A stretch of DNA of 64,000 nucleotides from Patescibacteria group bacterium (GCA_038061715.1 JBBTYP010000003.1:12034-76033), one strand, 5' to 3'; shown: positions 1-9,269, counted from the stretch's first letter. Notes: generated by a model from the letters alone, not told the origin. Made by a program: numbers and translations.

Positions 1-58
1 TCTGCACCATTTTTAGTAACAAAACATGTTCGCATTGAGCATCCTGCTCTTTGCTCAT
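1..58 (-). CDS. 5' end of a hypothetical protein running off the window (MSKEQDAQCEHVFVTKNGA...)
   Basis: ATG at 58 preceded by purine-rich GGAGGAGGGGAG; frame open to the window edge. Confidence 0.4.
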   Translation of the reverse strand, partial: MSKEQDAQCEHVLLLKMVQ

Positions 59-123
59 CTAATAATACCCCACTCCCCTCCTCCACAATAAAAGATTTCA
101 ACAGGGTCTCTCCAGACAGAAAT

Positions 124-158
124 AAAACAGGCCGGAAGCAACGCTTCCGGCCTGTTTT
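124..158. terminator. Intrinsic terminator-like hairpin
   Basis: AAAACAGGCCGGAAGC-aac-GCTTCCGGCCTGTTTT perfect inverted repeat with A/T tails. Confidence 0.7.
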
Positions 159-321
159 GTTCTGTGAATTAAACTTTGTTAGCGTTTGACCAGTTCCAGG
201 AATTTGCCCTCGGAAATGGGCAAATTCGGAACTAAATGCACCCCAAGAGTACTTCCATTTTTATAGTCGACTTACGTCTCCTTAAAAATTAGGGCGCGCA
301 TAGTCGCTTGCGCTCGTTTGC

Positions 322-2043
322 TCATTTATTCTTCCCTTCGTTTTCAATCAGTTTCTTGCGGATCATTTGCTGGGCAGCGTTCATGGAGTGCTGATAGTAG
401 AGGCTTTTTACCCCTTGCTTCCAGGCTTGGATGTAGAGAGCGTTAATATCTTTCACTGGTGTGTCAGGAGCTACCATGATATTGAGTGATTGTGCTTGGT
501 CGATGTGCTTTTGTCTGTCTCCCGCTTGTTCGATTACTTTACTTTGATCAATCTCGGAGAAAGTACGATAAATCGCCTTCTCGTCGTCGGTTAGACAAGT
601 GAGATTTTGGACTGAGCCGTCGTTGTCACGAATACTGTCCCAAGTTACTTTGTCATCATGACCCTTCTCTTGAAGGAGTTTTTGTAAAGTAGGATTTTTG
701 ATAGTTACTTTCATCTTGGCGACGTCTTTCACATAACAGTTAGACCAAATCGGTTCGATACCTTGTGACACTTGTCCAAGAATGAAAGCCGAAGAAGTAG
801 TCGGTGCAATCGCAAGAAGGGTGGTGTTACGGCGACCATAACCCTTAAGCACTTCTGGTTCGCCTAGAGTCTTGGCTAGCTCAATAGTCGCAGCATCGGC
901 TTTGTCTTTAATAACTTTAAATACTTCGCGGTTGAGAGTAGCCGCTTCATCACTTTCAAAAGCCAGGCCTTTGGCTTGAAGTAGAGAGTGGTATCCAAGG
1001 ACACCAAGACCGAGAGCTCTATTTGATTTAGCGAAGTTGTACGCTCGCTGCATAAAGTCGAAGGCCCGACGCTTCTCCGGTTCGGTGTGATCGCGGAGAG
1101 TTTCGAGCTTAATGATAAATTCCTCCATCACAGCATCGAGGAAGGCCGTCATGGTTTCTACCAAGTCGGTGTCTTTCCAAGCATCGTAGTGAAGAAGATT
1201 GATAGATGACAAACAACACACGAATGACCAATCTTCTTTGCTTGGTAGCATGATTTCGCTACACATATTGCTAGCATGAATGCGAAGGTTTTTGTCTTTG
1301 TAGACATCAACAGTATTGTTGTTGGCGGTGTCGCTAAACATGATGTACGGATAGCCCATTTCACCTCGGCGTTGAATAATCCTGGCCCACACTTTACGTT
1401 TCTTCTCATCACCCGCAATCATTGCTTCCATCCAGTCGTCCCCTACCGTCACGCCGTGGGTAAGCTTCTGAATAGGGTTGCCTTCAGTACCGATATCAAG
1501 AAACTCCATGATGTCGTCGTGTTCCGCCGGCAAGTAGGGAGAGAAGTGCCCCCGGCGAACTGAACCTTGTGATACCACTACAACGAGAGTTTCAAACAGT
1601 TGCATGAAATGTACTGAGCCAGAAGAAAAACCATTGTCATTACCAATTGTGGCCCCTCGTGCTCGCAGAGCTCCGAAAAAACCCGAACAACCACCACCGT
1701 ACTTACTCATCATCCCTACTTCAGCATTGGTGTAGAGAATACTACCCATGTTGTCGTCGACATAAGAACCAAAACAACTAATCGGTAACCCTTTATCGTC
1801 GCCGAAGTTGGCCCAGACTGGCGAAGCCAACGATATCCAACCGCGCGACATGTAATCGACAAATTTATCAGCAAAACCTTCTTGCTTGAGGTACTTTTCC
1901 GCTGTTTCTGCAATCACACGAATGCGTTCTTCAGCAGTTTGTCCAGGGGCAAGATAACCTCGGGCTAGAAATCCGCGACTATTTTCGTTCAGCCAGTACC
2001 ATGGTTCCATATCAGTTGTTCGGTTATTAATTAATCGCGACAA
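322..2043 (-). CDS. nrdA: Ribonucleotide reductase class I alpha subunit (no ATP cone); start may be 2010
   Basis: PISCF, NMCSE (thiyl Cys), CCLSS, IAPTTSS and LYY motifs. Confidence 0.95.
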   Translation of the reverse strand: MSRLINNRTTDMEPWYWLNENSRGFLARGYLAPGQTAEERIRVIAETAEKYLKQEGFADKFVDYMSRGWISLASPVWANFGDDKGLPISCFGSYVDDNMGSILYTNAEVGMMSKYGGGCSGFFGALRARGATIGNDNGFSSGSVHFMQLFETLVVVVSQGSVRRGHFSPYLPAEHDDIMEFLDIGTEGNPIQKLTHGVTVGDDWMEAMIAGDEKKRKVWARIIQRRGEMGYPYIMFSDTANNNTVDVYKDKNLRIHASNMCSEIMLPSKEDWSFVCCLSSINLLHYDAWKDTDLVETMTAFLDAVMEEFIIKLETLRDHTEPEKRRAFDFMQRAYNFAKSNRALGLGVLGYHSLLQAKGLAFESDEAATLNREVFKVIKDKADAATIELAKTLGEPEVLKGYGRRNTTLLAIAPTTSSAFILGQVSQGIEPIWSNCYVKDVAKMKVTIKNPTLQKLLQEKGHDDKVTWDSIRDNDGSVQNLTCLTDDEKAIYRTFSEIDQSKVIEQAGDRQKHIDQAQSLNIMVAPDTPVKDINALYIQAWKQGVKSLYYQHSMNAAQQMIRKKLIENEGKNK

Positions 2044-2060
2044 TTATACTTTATCTTAAT

Positions 2061-2182
2061 GACTTGTCTCTAAAAGTGCAGATTTCAAGGCGTGCTAGAG
2101 GTGGGTCGTGAGCCATACTGGACGTATGGTGAACGTCACACTTCGACGCACAACGCTGAAATATGTGCTTTTAGAACAAGTC
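2061..2182. repeat. ~120-bp palindromic MITE/RPE-like element, copy 1; overlaps the nrdB stop codon
   Basis: GACTTGT...ACAAGTC termini, nested stems, central CCATAC-tggac-GTATGG; aligns with 49698-49816. Confidence 0.75.
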
Positions 2183-3484
2183 GTCACTGGTGACACTAGC
2201 GGAACGCTTATTGTAGTTGATTGAACGCTTTTGAAAGAAGTCGACATGCTTAGTGGCAATCACTTCGGCGTCAAACCAATCGGTCTCCTCTAAGAGAGCG
2301 TCACTGACTTCGAAGATGCGCGGCATTCCAATAGAAGCCAATGAGTTGTTAAAGCGATGTTTAATGAACTCTTTTACGTTCGCCGCTGGCATGAAGCTGA
2401 GCTCGCCCGCCTCGTAAATCCAGTCAACAATACTACTCTCCGCTTCGTAGGCTTCCCTACAAGCAGTAACGACCCGGTCGCGACAGTCTTGATCAAACCA
2501 TTCGGGATGCTCTTCCTTAATGATGTTGATGACGTCAATCCCAAACATCCCGTGAAGGTTTTCTTCTTTTGAGGTAGCCTCTACCGCATTTGAAATACCC
2601 TTGAAGAGATTTCGGTGTTTGTTAAATGACATTATGATCAAAAACTGAGAAAAGAGTGACACGTGCTCGACAAATAGAGAGAAGAGCATGACTGATTGGA
2701 AATAATCCTTATTTTCTTGGGTTCGGGAGAGTTCAATCACCTTTTCTAAGTAGTCCATTCGTTGCTGAATGACTGGTATGTCTTTGATCTTTTTGAATTC
2801 GTCATTGAGGCCCAAGATCTCCAGCAAGTGGGCGTAGGCATCGGCGTGACGCACCTCCGATTCAGAGAAAGTGGCTCCGACGGCACCGATTTCTGGTTTT
2901 GGCATTTTTTTGTAGATGTCGCCCCAAAAAGTCTTCACTGCTACCTCAATCTGCGCAATCGCTAGCATAGCGTTTTTGATAGCGCCGCGCTCCGCTTCGT
3001 TTACATTAACGTGAAAGTCTTGCACGTCAGACGTGAAGTTAAACTCGGTATGTACCCAATATGAATGACGGATGGCGGTAGTATATTCATAGAGTTCTGG
3101 GTACTCGTAGGGCTTGAAGTTCTGGCGCTTGGCAAAGATATCACGCTCACGTAACTTCTTACGTTCGTTGCGATAGATGATGTAGGCCTTAGCCGTCATG
3201 AAAAAACCCTTCTCCATGAGAGCTTGTTCGACTAAGTCTTGAATTTCTTCCACCGCGGGACTTCCATCGATACATTTGTTGGCTAGTTCACTACCAGTTT
3301 CAGCTGTACCGGCTTGCACACACATGGCGACAACTTTTTTGTGGGCCAGTTCGGCTACTTCGATAGCTGCATCGCGATTGCCTTCGCCTGTTTCGGCCAG
3401 GGCTTTGGCGATGGCGTTCTCAATCTTCACGATATCAAAAGGCCGATGTGAGCCGTCACGCTTTCGAATAGTTTCGATGTTCAT
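2171..3484 (-). CDS. nrdB: Ribonucleotide reductase beta subunit with N-terminal ATP cone (NrdBi / class Id-like)
   Basis: ATP cone IRKRDG...FD..KI..AI..A...VEEIQDLVE..L; ferritin-like ligands QIEVAVK, ESEVRHADAY, VEHVSLF, EENLH. Confidence 0.93.
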   Translation of the reverse strand: MNIETIRKRDGSHRPFDIVKIENAIAKALAETGEGNRDAAIEVAELAHKKVVAMCVQAGTAETGSELANKCIDGSPAVEEIQDLVEQALMEKGFFMTAKAYIIYRNERKKLRERDIFAKRQNFKPYEYPELYEYTTAIRHSYWVHTEFNFTSDVQDFHVNVNEAERGAIKNAMLAIAQIEVAVKTFWGDIYKKMPKPEIGAVGATFSESEVRHADAYAHLLEILGLNDEFKKIKDIPVIQQRMDYLEKVIELSRTQENKDYFQSVMLFSLFVEHVSLFSQFLIIMSFNKHRNLFKGISNAVEATSKEENLHGMFGIDVINIIKEEHPEWFDQDCRDRVVTACREAYEAESSIVDWIYEAGELSFMPAANVKEFIKHRFNNSLASIGMPRIFEVSDALLEETDWFDAEVIATKHVDFFQKRSINYNKRSASVTSDDLF

Positions 3485-3815
3485 ACCAATAAACTACGTT
3501 AGTAAAAGTAGGATCATCGCGCACGAACGTAATTGGTGGAAGACTGCTGTCTCTACTACAGGCAGCACAATTAGGTTCACAAGCGATGTGGTGAGCTAGC
3601 TAAATTTAATGAGTTGCGAAGAATCGGATGAAAATGACTTGGGTCGTACGATTTGTACGGCGAGGGTTATTTCACTGGACGATAACAAAGCAAATCGTAA
3701 ATTTATCTAGCGTAGGTCGCGACTAACACACCACCATAATGAAATATGGCGTTCTAAACTCGATAGGAGTTTGTGTGTCTTACCTCCGACACACGAGACC
3801 TCGTGTGGTTCCCTT
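3485..3815 (-). promoter_or_regulatory. Long structured 5' leader of nrdB-nrdA (candidate cis-regulatory RNA)
   Basis: Multiple stems, including mutually exclusive pairings and a stem ending at the ATG. Confidence 0.5.
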
Positions 3816-3824
3816 ACTATAGCA
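3816..3824 (-). promoter_or_regulatory. Extended -10 promoter (TGcTATAGT) for the nrdBA leader
   Basis: Matches TGnTATAAT with one mismatch, directly before the first leader hairpin. Confidence 0.55.
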
Positions 3825-3896
3825 CCGCTAGTTCCTGCTTGGCTATTTTTATGGGTGCCAAACGAGGGCTATTTTGCGTCAACGTATCCTCGAGTG

Positions 3897-3905
3897 TGTG
3901 GATAA
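3897..3905. promoter_or_regulatory. Perfect DnaA box upstream of the nrdBA promoter
   Basis: TGTGGATAA (reverse complement TTATCCACA). Confidence 0.55.
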
Positions 3906-3984
3906 GTTCGATCACCACTCCTATACAAAATAGTTTTGGTTTTTGCCTAGATTTTCAAGTCGCCGAAAGTGTTTCGTGGTATAG

Positions 3985-4020
3985 AAAGAGAGCAGCGAGC
4001 TTCGCTCGCTGCTCTCTTTT
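3985..4020 (-). terminator. Terminator of mscL
   Basis: AAAGAGAGCAGCGAGC-ttc-GCTCGCTGCTCTCTTT hairpin next to the stop codon. Confidence 0.8.
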
Positions 4021-4022
4021 AC

Positions 4023-4412
4023 CTATCGACTAAGCCGATCGCGGATCTCGCGCAGGAGTAAGACTTCCTCGGAGGGACTCTTTGGCACTTCGGCTGCCAC
4101 TTCCTTTTTAACGACAGCTGCTTGTGCCTTATTAATACCTTTAACCACCATAAAGATAGCTAAAGCTACGATGATAAAATCGAGCACTGACTGAACGAAG
4201 ACACCGTAAGTCATGGTGGCATCGCCAAGCCGGTAGGCCAGACCAGAAAAGTTTATTCCTCCCATGAGCAGACCGATTAACGGAGTGATGATGTCGGTCA
4301 CTAGTGAAGACACTATCTTTCCAAATGCGCCGCCGATAACCACCGCCACCGCCAGGTCGAGGACATTGCCCTTCATCGCAAAGGCTTTAAATTCTGCAAC
4401 AAATGCTTTCAT
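4023..4412 (-). CDS. mscL: Large-conductance mechanosensitive channel
   Basis: [32 protein letters not shown] and LLREIRD signatures. Confidence 0.97.
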   Translation of the reverse strand: MKAFVAEFKAFAMKGNVLDLAVAVVIGGAFGKIVSSLVTDIITPLIGLLMGGINFSGLAYRLGDATMTYGVFVQSVLDFIIVALAIFMVVKGINKAQAAVVKKEVAAEVPKSPSEEVLLLREIRDRLSR

Positions 4413-4463
4413 AACTACAAATTAGTACTTATCTCGTAAAATAGATAGGTAGAGTATAGCTTA

Positions 4464-5600
4464 TTAATGATGATGGTGGTGGTGAGGTAATGAATCAGAT
4501 TGACTGTCAACTTCATGCTTTTGGTAGTACCAGGCCGCGGCAGCAGTAGTAGCCGGCACCGCCATAATGAGTCCGATGCTACCAACAATAATGCGCGTGA
4601 GTTCGGCCGCCACCACTTCTTGATTGAAAATCGCGGACATATTACTCCCCGCTTTGGCATAAAGTAAAATTAGTGGCAACGAAACCCCGACATACGCGAG
4701 AGCGAGGGTATTTACGATTGAACCAATATGGTCGCGCCCTACTGCAATCGCGCGAGTATACAGTTCCTTAAAATTAAACAGTGGGTTGGCAGCCTTGAGT
4801 TGTGCGACCACAGAGGCTTGCGTAACTGCGACATCGTCAAGGATCCCTAAAATACCGATGATAATTCCTCCCAGTAGTAAACCCGCCAGATCAAGCGAGC
4901 CATTAGTCGCAAAGTTGAGATATACCGAGGCGTCATCACTAAAACCAGTCAATCGCATTCCCCTCACACATACATATGATAAGACGCAAGTAATAAGCAC
5001 CGCACTGAAAGTTCCAATAAACGAAATAGTCGAGCGGGCGTTAAACCCGTGTGTACCAAAGAGAGCAAAAGCTAAAATAATGGCGGCGATACCTAGGGTA
5101 GTTAGCGCTGGATCATATCCTGCTAAAAGCGCTGGGACTAGCACGAAGATAATCGCAGCAACGCTAATTGCTAGCGAGAGCAGTGCCCGCACCCCTTGCC
5201 ACTTGGAGATACAAAGTAGCATTGCTACAAAGAGTGCAAAAATACCAAGGAGCATCGGCCGTCTTTCATAAGTTGAGAAAGTGATGTACTCATCGCCATT
5301 GATAGTCACAACTCGATTAACAAAAACCTTATCGTCCACCTCAAGCTTTATCATCTCAACGGTCATTGGTACGACTTCCCCTTTCTTTTCACCTTCCTCT
5401 AGCAGTACCCTGACCTCTTGTACGCTGGTGGTGGTGTCGGTGCCAGTCACCTCCCGTTCTTCACTACTTACAATTTCAAGCACAGTCCCTGAGACCGTTT
5501 CTTTTACATCTTGATGGATCGTCTCCGCTAGAGAAAGAGCGGGAGAAAATAAAGCCAGGCTAGCGATAACACAAACCCTAGAAAATAAGCCGCGCAACAT
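4464..5600 (-). CDS. YibE/F family membrane protein with a natural C-terminal His6 tract
   Basis: GILDDVAVTQAS, GRDHIGSIVNTLALAY motifs; multiple TM helices; ends in PHHHHHH. Confidence 0.85.
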   Translation of the reverse strand: MLRGLFSRVCVIASLALFSPALSLAETIHQDVKETVSGTVLEIVSSEEREVTGTDTTTSVQEVRVLLEEGEKKGEVVPMTVEMIKLEVDDKVFVNRVVTINGDEYITFSTYERRPMLLGIFALFVAMLLCISKWQGVRALLSLAISVAAIIFVLVPALLAGYDPALTTLGIAAIILAFALFGTHGFNARSTISFIGTFSAVLITCVLSYVCVRGMRLTGFSDDASVYLNFATNGSLDLAGLLLGGIIIGILGILDDVAVTQASVVAQLKAANPLFNFKELYTRAIAVGRDHIGSIVNTLALAYVGVSLPLILLYAKAGSNMSAIFNQEVVAAELTRIIVGSIGLIMAVPATTAAAAWYYQKHEVDSQSDSLPHHHHHH

Positions 5601-5751
5601 AAAATCCAACCCCAGCCGCTATCGCTAAAGTATAAAGCACCGTCAAAATAAATGATGGCTTATCCATTACCTTTAGTTTAGTGGAAAGTGGCACTATGAG
5701 CAAATGAAAACACAAAACACCGCGGCCAGTGGCCGCGGTGTTTTGTTAATT

Positions 5752-6108
5752 TTACTCTTTTGCCACAAATCCAGCGTACAAGGCTACAATTGCAACCAGG
5801 AGATGCAGGATGTTGTCTGCCCCATTAGTGTGGATGAGTCCGAGCACATCACCACCCATCGCAAAGCCGAGGATTGTCACAAGTGCGTACACCACACCGA
5901 ACACTTTGAAGAAAAGTTTCGCGTGAGCAAGCGAACATGCCGCCCAAATGGCAATCAGACCAGTCGCTAGGTGGATAATATTGTGCAAGGCATCGACCTC
6001 AAAGATACCGAGCAAGTGTCCATCGGTAGTTACTCCAGGCACAAACCCGAGTACTCCAATGAGCACAAACACGATTCCGAATAATTTAGCTAATTTCTGA
6101 ACGTTCAT
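5752..6108 (-). CDS. DUF4383-like small membrane protein
   Basis: LGIFEVDALHNIIHLATG and NGADNILHL motifs; four TM segments. Confidence 0.75.
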   Translation of the reverse strand: MNVQKLAKLFGIVFVLIGVLGFVPGVTTDGHLLGIFEVDALHNIIHLATGLIAIWAACSLAHAKLFFKVFGVVYALVTILGFAMGGDVLGLIHTNGADNILHLLVAIVALYAGFVAKE

Positions 6109-6260
6109 ACATTAATCTCTTAAATGATAAACCCTTCGCTTCTATATAAATTGTAGCAGTCCTGTTCTACTTGACTAGAGGGTTTAAGGACTATCTCGAC
6201 AAACCATCAAAAAACCATTAGTATGTCCCGCACGTGTCCTCGTGACACATATTATAGCAT

Positions 6261-6333
6261 GGCGGCTATAGTACAACGGTTAGTGCATCGGTTTGTGGTA
6301 CCGATAATTCGGGTTCGATTCCCGGTAGCCGCC
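6261..6333 (+). tRNA. tRNA-His(GTG) with encoded G-1; no CCA
   Basis: Cloverleaf; anticodon arm TCGGT-TTGTGGT-ACCGA; T-loop GGTTCGATTCC. Confidence 0.95.
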
Positions 6334-6339
6334 CTCGTA

Positions 6340-6367
6340 GTAAGAATCCCCTCACGGGGATTCTTAC
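6340..6367. terminator. Hairpin between tRNA-His and the convergent island
   Basis: GTAAGAATCCCC-tcac-GGGGATTCTTAC. Confidence 0.7.
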
Positions 6368-6379
6368 GTTCGTTGTCAT

Positions 6380-6853
6380 TTAAGACTCAAAATCGTTAAG
6401 TATTTTTAGGAAGCTTTGTTGTGTGGCTTTAGGAATTTGTGGATGGTTGAGCAATTCAATCTTTCCCTTGCGTTTAATGATTTCTTTTACCTCTCCGAAG
6501 TAAAACCCCTGAACAGTTGCCAGAAAAAGATAGGAAGGATTCCAGCTTTGACTCATGCGTTTTACGATACTGAGAACTTCACTATTTTTAAGTGTTTTTC
6601 GATATTTTACTTCGATCAGATGGACAACCTTTGTCTTGTTATTGATGACAGCGAAATCTGGTGCTGTTCGAAGAGCTTCCACCATCTCATCATTCTCGCC
6701 CTGCCCCCTACCTACCAACTCAGGAATTATCTTCTCATAGCCAAATTCCAGAACAGTAAACTGTCCAGTCGAACGAAGCATTTGAGCGAACACTGTCTCA
6801 GCAATTTTTCCTTTAACTAAATTCCTCGCAAAAGATACTTCGTTATTTTTCAT
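6380..6853 (-). CDS. PD-(D/E)XK family nuclease-like protein
   Basis: GKIAE...APDF...LIEVKYR catalytic pattern. Confidence 0.7.
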   Translation of the reverse strand: MKNNEVSFARNLVKGKIAETVFAQMLRSTGQFTVLEFGYEKIIPELVGRGQGENDEMVEALRTAPDFAVINNKTKVVHLIEVKYRKTLKNSEVLSIVKRMSQSWNPSYLFLATVQGFYFGEVKEIIKRKGKIELLNHPQIPKATQQSFLKILNDFES

Positions 6854-6872
6854 AGTATTTATTTATACTTTA

Positions 6873-9269
6873 TTACTTAAGAAAACCTAAGTCGAATACT
6901 TGCGGTCTTATCTTCTCAGACAACGACTTATACGCTAGCTCAAAATCTTCAAACGATGCTTCTGGTAAACTCGCAGTCTCATTACGTTTTTTAAGTGCAT
7001 TTCGAATCTGATACCATCCTACATCTGGACGATTGAGCTTAAGGGCTTCTCGCACAGTATAGGGGTCAGTGTGCTCAAAATAAGCAGACCAAAGTTTCCG
7101 ACCCTCCTCAAGTACCACTTTGGATTCTACTGACAAATTTTTATCTTTAAGATACTTAACCATAAAATCACTCTCGAAGCGCTCTGATGTTCCCACTTCA
7201 CTTTCAGTGAAAGGAATAAAGTGATTCACTATGCTCCATTTTTTTCCGTTCCATTCCAAATCATTTGCACTTGCAGTAAGGTTACTACCATTAAATAGCA
7301 TCCAAATTAAACAGTCATTTTTAAACTCTTCACTCAAATCTTCTGTCGGTTGCAAAAACTGGTCTCTGTCATTTTGCCAAGTTGGCTTAATGATGCGTCT
7401 AACGGTAAACATTACAGCCGCCTTCCACAAGTCTGTTGGTGTAACAAAAATCGTACCAGCACTTCCAAAACCAGAAGAATATATAGATGTTGTTTTGGAA
7501 TGTTGCACATCACTACCTTGGAATACTAAACATGCAATGGCATCGTTAGCCCACTTAGTACCGCGCAAATCCTTTGTGACAGTTGCTGGTGATACAGCAT
7601 TTTTAAGGGGTATAACTTCTAAATCATTTGCCTTCGGTCGAACTATCCAATTGCCCAATAAACTTTCCTTGGGCGCATTGTAAAAAATCTTCTTCCCAAT
7701 TGGTCGAGCGTCATTATCTAAGACTTCAGTAGAAATTTCTTCAAACTGACTTATTTGACCATCTCCATGACTAGTACGCCAAATAAGGAAACCAATCGGG
7801 AACACACCTTTAATCCCGTCGAAAGATTTACTAGGAACAATGAAGCCACCCATATAATCTGCATCCCACTGTTGGCGAAAATCTTCAAAATTTGGAGAAT
7901 TTACATATTTAAGTTTACTGAACATTGCTAATGTCGCATTTGGTAGTTCTTTAGCAAACCGCACCATAAACTGCACAAAAAGCTCGCGAGCTGCGTAACC
8001 TTGCTCATCCATCAATTCTGCAACTTTTGTTTTAGAAACATTTTTCTTTGACTCTGAACGTTCATTATCTGAAATGTTTTCTGCATTCATTGCTTCGGCA
8101 TATGGAGGATTTATCAGTACTAAAATTTTCTTACCACTTTTAATAGCTCGACGAAGTGACTCCGGCAGCTTATTTGTTAGAGTGTAATCAATTTCTCCTG
8201 AATCAGAAATATCATCATTTAGATAATCATACTGAAAACGTTCAGCTGCGACACATGTCTTAGTAGCCTTCATAACATCTATATCAGCTTGATCGAGCGT
8301 ACTCATATAGATATTACGATGGTTACTATGCTTTACCTCGAGGTTTCCTACCCCGCAACACATATCCCATACAATGTATTCATCTTGCCATCCCTCCCCA
8401 AGAGTCTCGGTGAGTTTATTGTACGCAGCATCTACAACATGGAGCGGGGTGTAATAAGCACCCTTAAAGCTACGCTCATCGAGAGGAATAAGACTATCTC
8501 GTCTCTCTAGAAGATAAGTACGGTACTGCTCTTTTGGTGGCTTGTGATAAATAGCCCAAAAGCGTCGGTATCCTTCTTTGTTACTCAATTCGTATAACTT
8601 TCCATTGAGCGAGAAGACCGGCATTCCATCCTTATGAAGAAGCTCAGCAGGCATATCCTTGATTGAGGAAACCGTACCGTCATGCATTATGTCTGCAAAA
8701 AACAAAAGAGCGTAGTCTTCTTCCTGAACCCCAGCCAGCTCACGACCAATCATTTCAACCCAACGATCAAACACTTGTTTTAGATTGCTTGGAGTAATCT
8801 GAGTTCGGACAATCTCTCCTTCCTGAATAGCATTTTTAACAGCATCAATGAATTCCTGTTCGTGTGTCTTTATATTAAATGACACCATATAGGTACCTAT
8901 GTGCGCTGATACAGCTGCAAGTGCCTCTGGAGTTACATCACTAGCTGACTTACCCCATTTAATATCTTTCCGCTCCAAGACAGGTAAAGCGTCGATAGTC
9001 TTCATGATTGCTGCCTTATTCGTATCAATAACAGCTAAAAAAGGTGGCAGCTCTTCTCCATGATTTAGCCACTCTTTTGCGTAGTGCAAAAGTTGAGTAA
9101 ACATTGAAAAGCTACTGCAGGCACTACCAGCTTTTGCTTCAAACCATATTTCCTTAGTTTGAATATCAATTAAGCCCTTTTGATAGGCTTTTAGTCCCAG
9201 CGCTTTAATATAAAAATCCTTAACGTCCTCTTCACTACTGGCATTCTGAAGCTTTTCGTATAAAGTCAT
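6873..9269 (-). CDS. Fused restriction-modification enzyme (type IIG/IIL-like: nuclease, amino-methyltransferase, target recognition region)
   Basis: N-terminal D...EAK nuclease-like motif; GAYYTP, DMCCGVGN (SAM motif I), NPPY (motif IV); start moved to M5 after TGcTATGCT. Confidence 0.75.
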   Translation of the reverse strand: MTLYEKLQNASSEEDVKDFYIKALGLKAYQKGLIDIQTKEIWFEAKAGSACSSFSMFTQLLHYAKEWLNHGEELPPFLAVIDTNKAAIMKTIDALPVLERKDIKWGKSASDVTPEALAAVSAHIGTYMVSFNIKTHEQEFIDAVKNAIQEGEIVRTQITPSNLKQVFDRWVEMIGRELAGVQEEDYALLFFADIMHDGTVSSIKDMPAELLHKDGMPVFSLNGKLYELSNKEGYRRFWAIYHKPPKEQYRTYLLERRDSLIPLDERSFKGAYYTPLHVVDAAYNKLTETLGEGWQDEYIVWDMCCGVGNLEVKHSNHRNIYMSTLDQADIDVMKATKTCVAAERFQYDYLNDDISDSGEIDYTLTNKLPESLRRAIKSGKKILVLINPPYAEAMNAENISDNERSESKKNVSKTKVAELMDEQGYAARELFVQFMVRFAKELPNATLAMFSKLKYVNSPNFEDFRQQWDADYMGGFIVPSKSFDGIKGVFPIGFLIWRTSHGDGQISQFEEISTEVLDNDARPIGKKIFYNAPKESLLGNWIVRPKANDLEVIPLKNAVSPATVTKDLRGTKWANDAIACLVFQGSDVQHSKTTSIYSSGFGSAGTIFVTPTDLWKAAVMFTVRRIIKPTWQNDRDQFLQPTEDLSEEFKNDCLIWMLFNGSNLTASANDLEWNGKKWSIVNHFIPFTESEVGTSERFESDFMVKYLKDKNLSVESKVVLEEGRKLWSAYFEHTDPYTVREALKLNRPDVGWYQIRNALKKRNETASLPEASFEDFELAYKSLSEKIRPQVFDLGFLK

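Noticed and set aside
182-239. Long hairpin downstream of nrdA as an ncRNA
   Set aside because: Single copy with no promoter or family features. It may only be a terminator or stabiliser.
295-324. TGA recoding (genetic code 25) extending nrdA
   Set aside because: Conserved genes are intact under code 11, and read-through adds no meaningful sequence.
3485-3815. Cobalamin riboswitch or NrdR boxes in the nrd leader
   Set aside because: I could not find the B12-box or an NrdR-box palindrome. Kept as an unknown structured leader instead.
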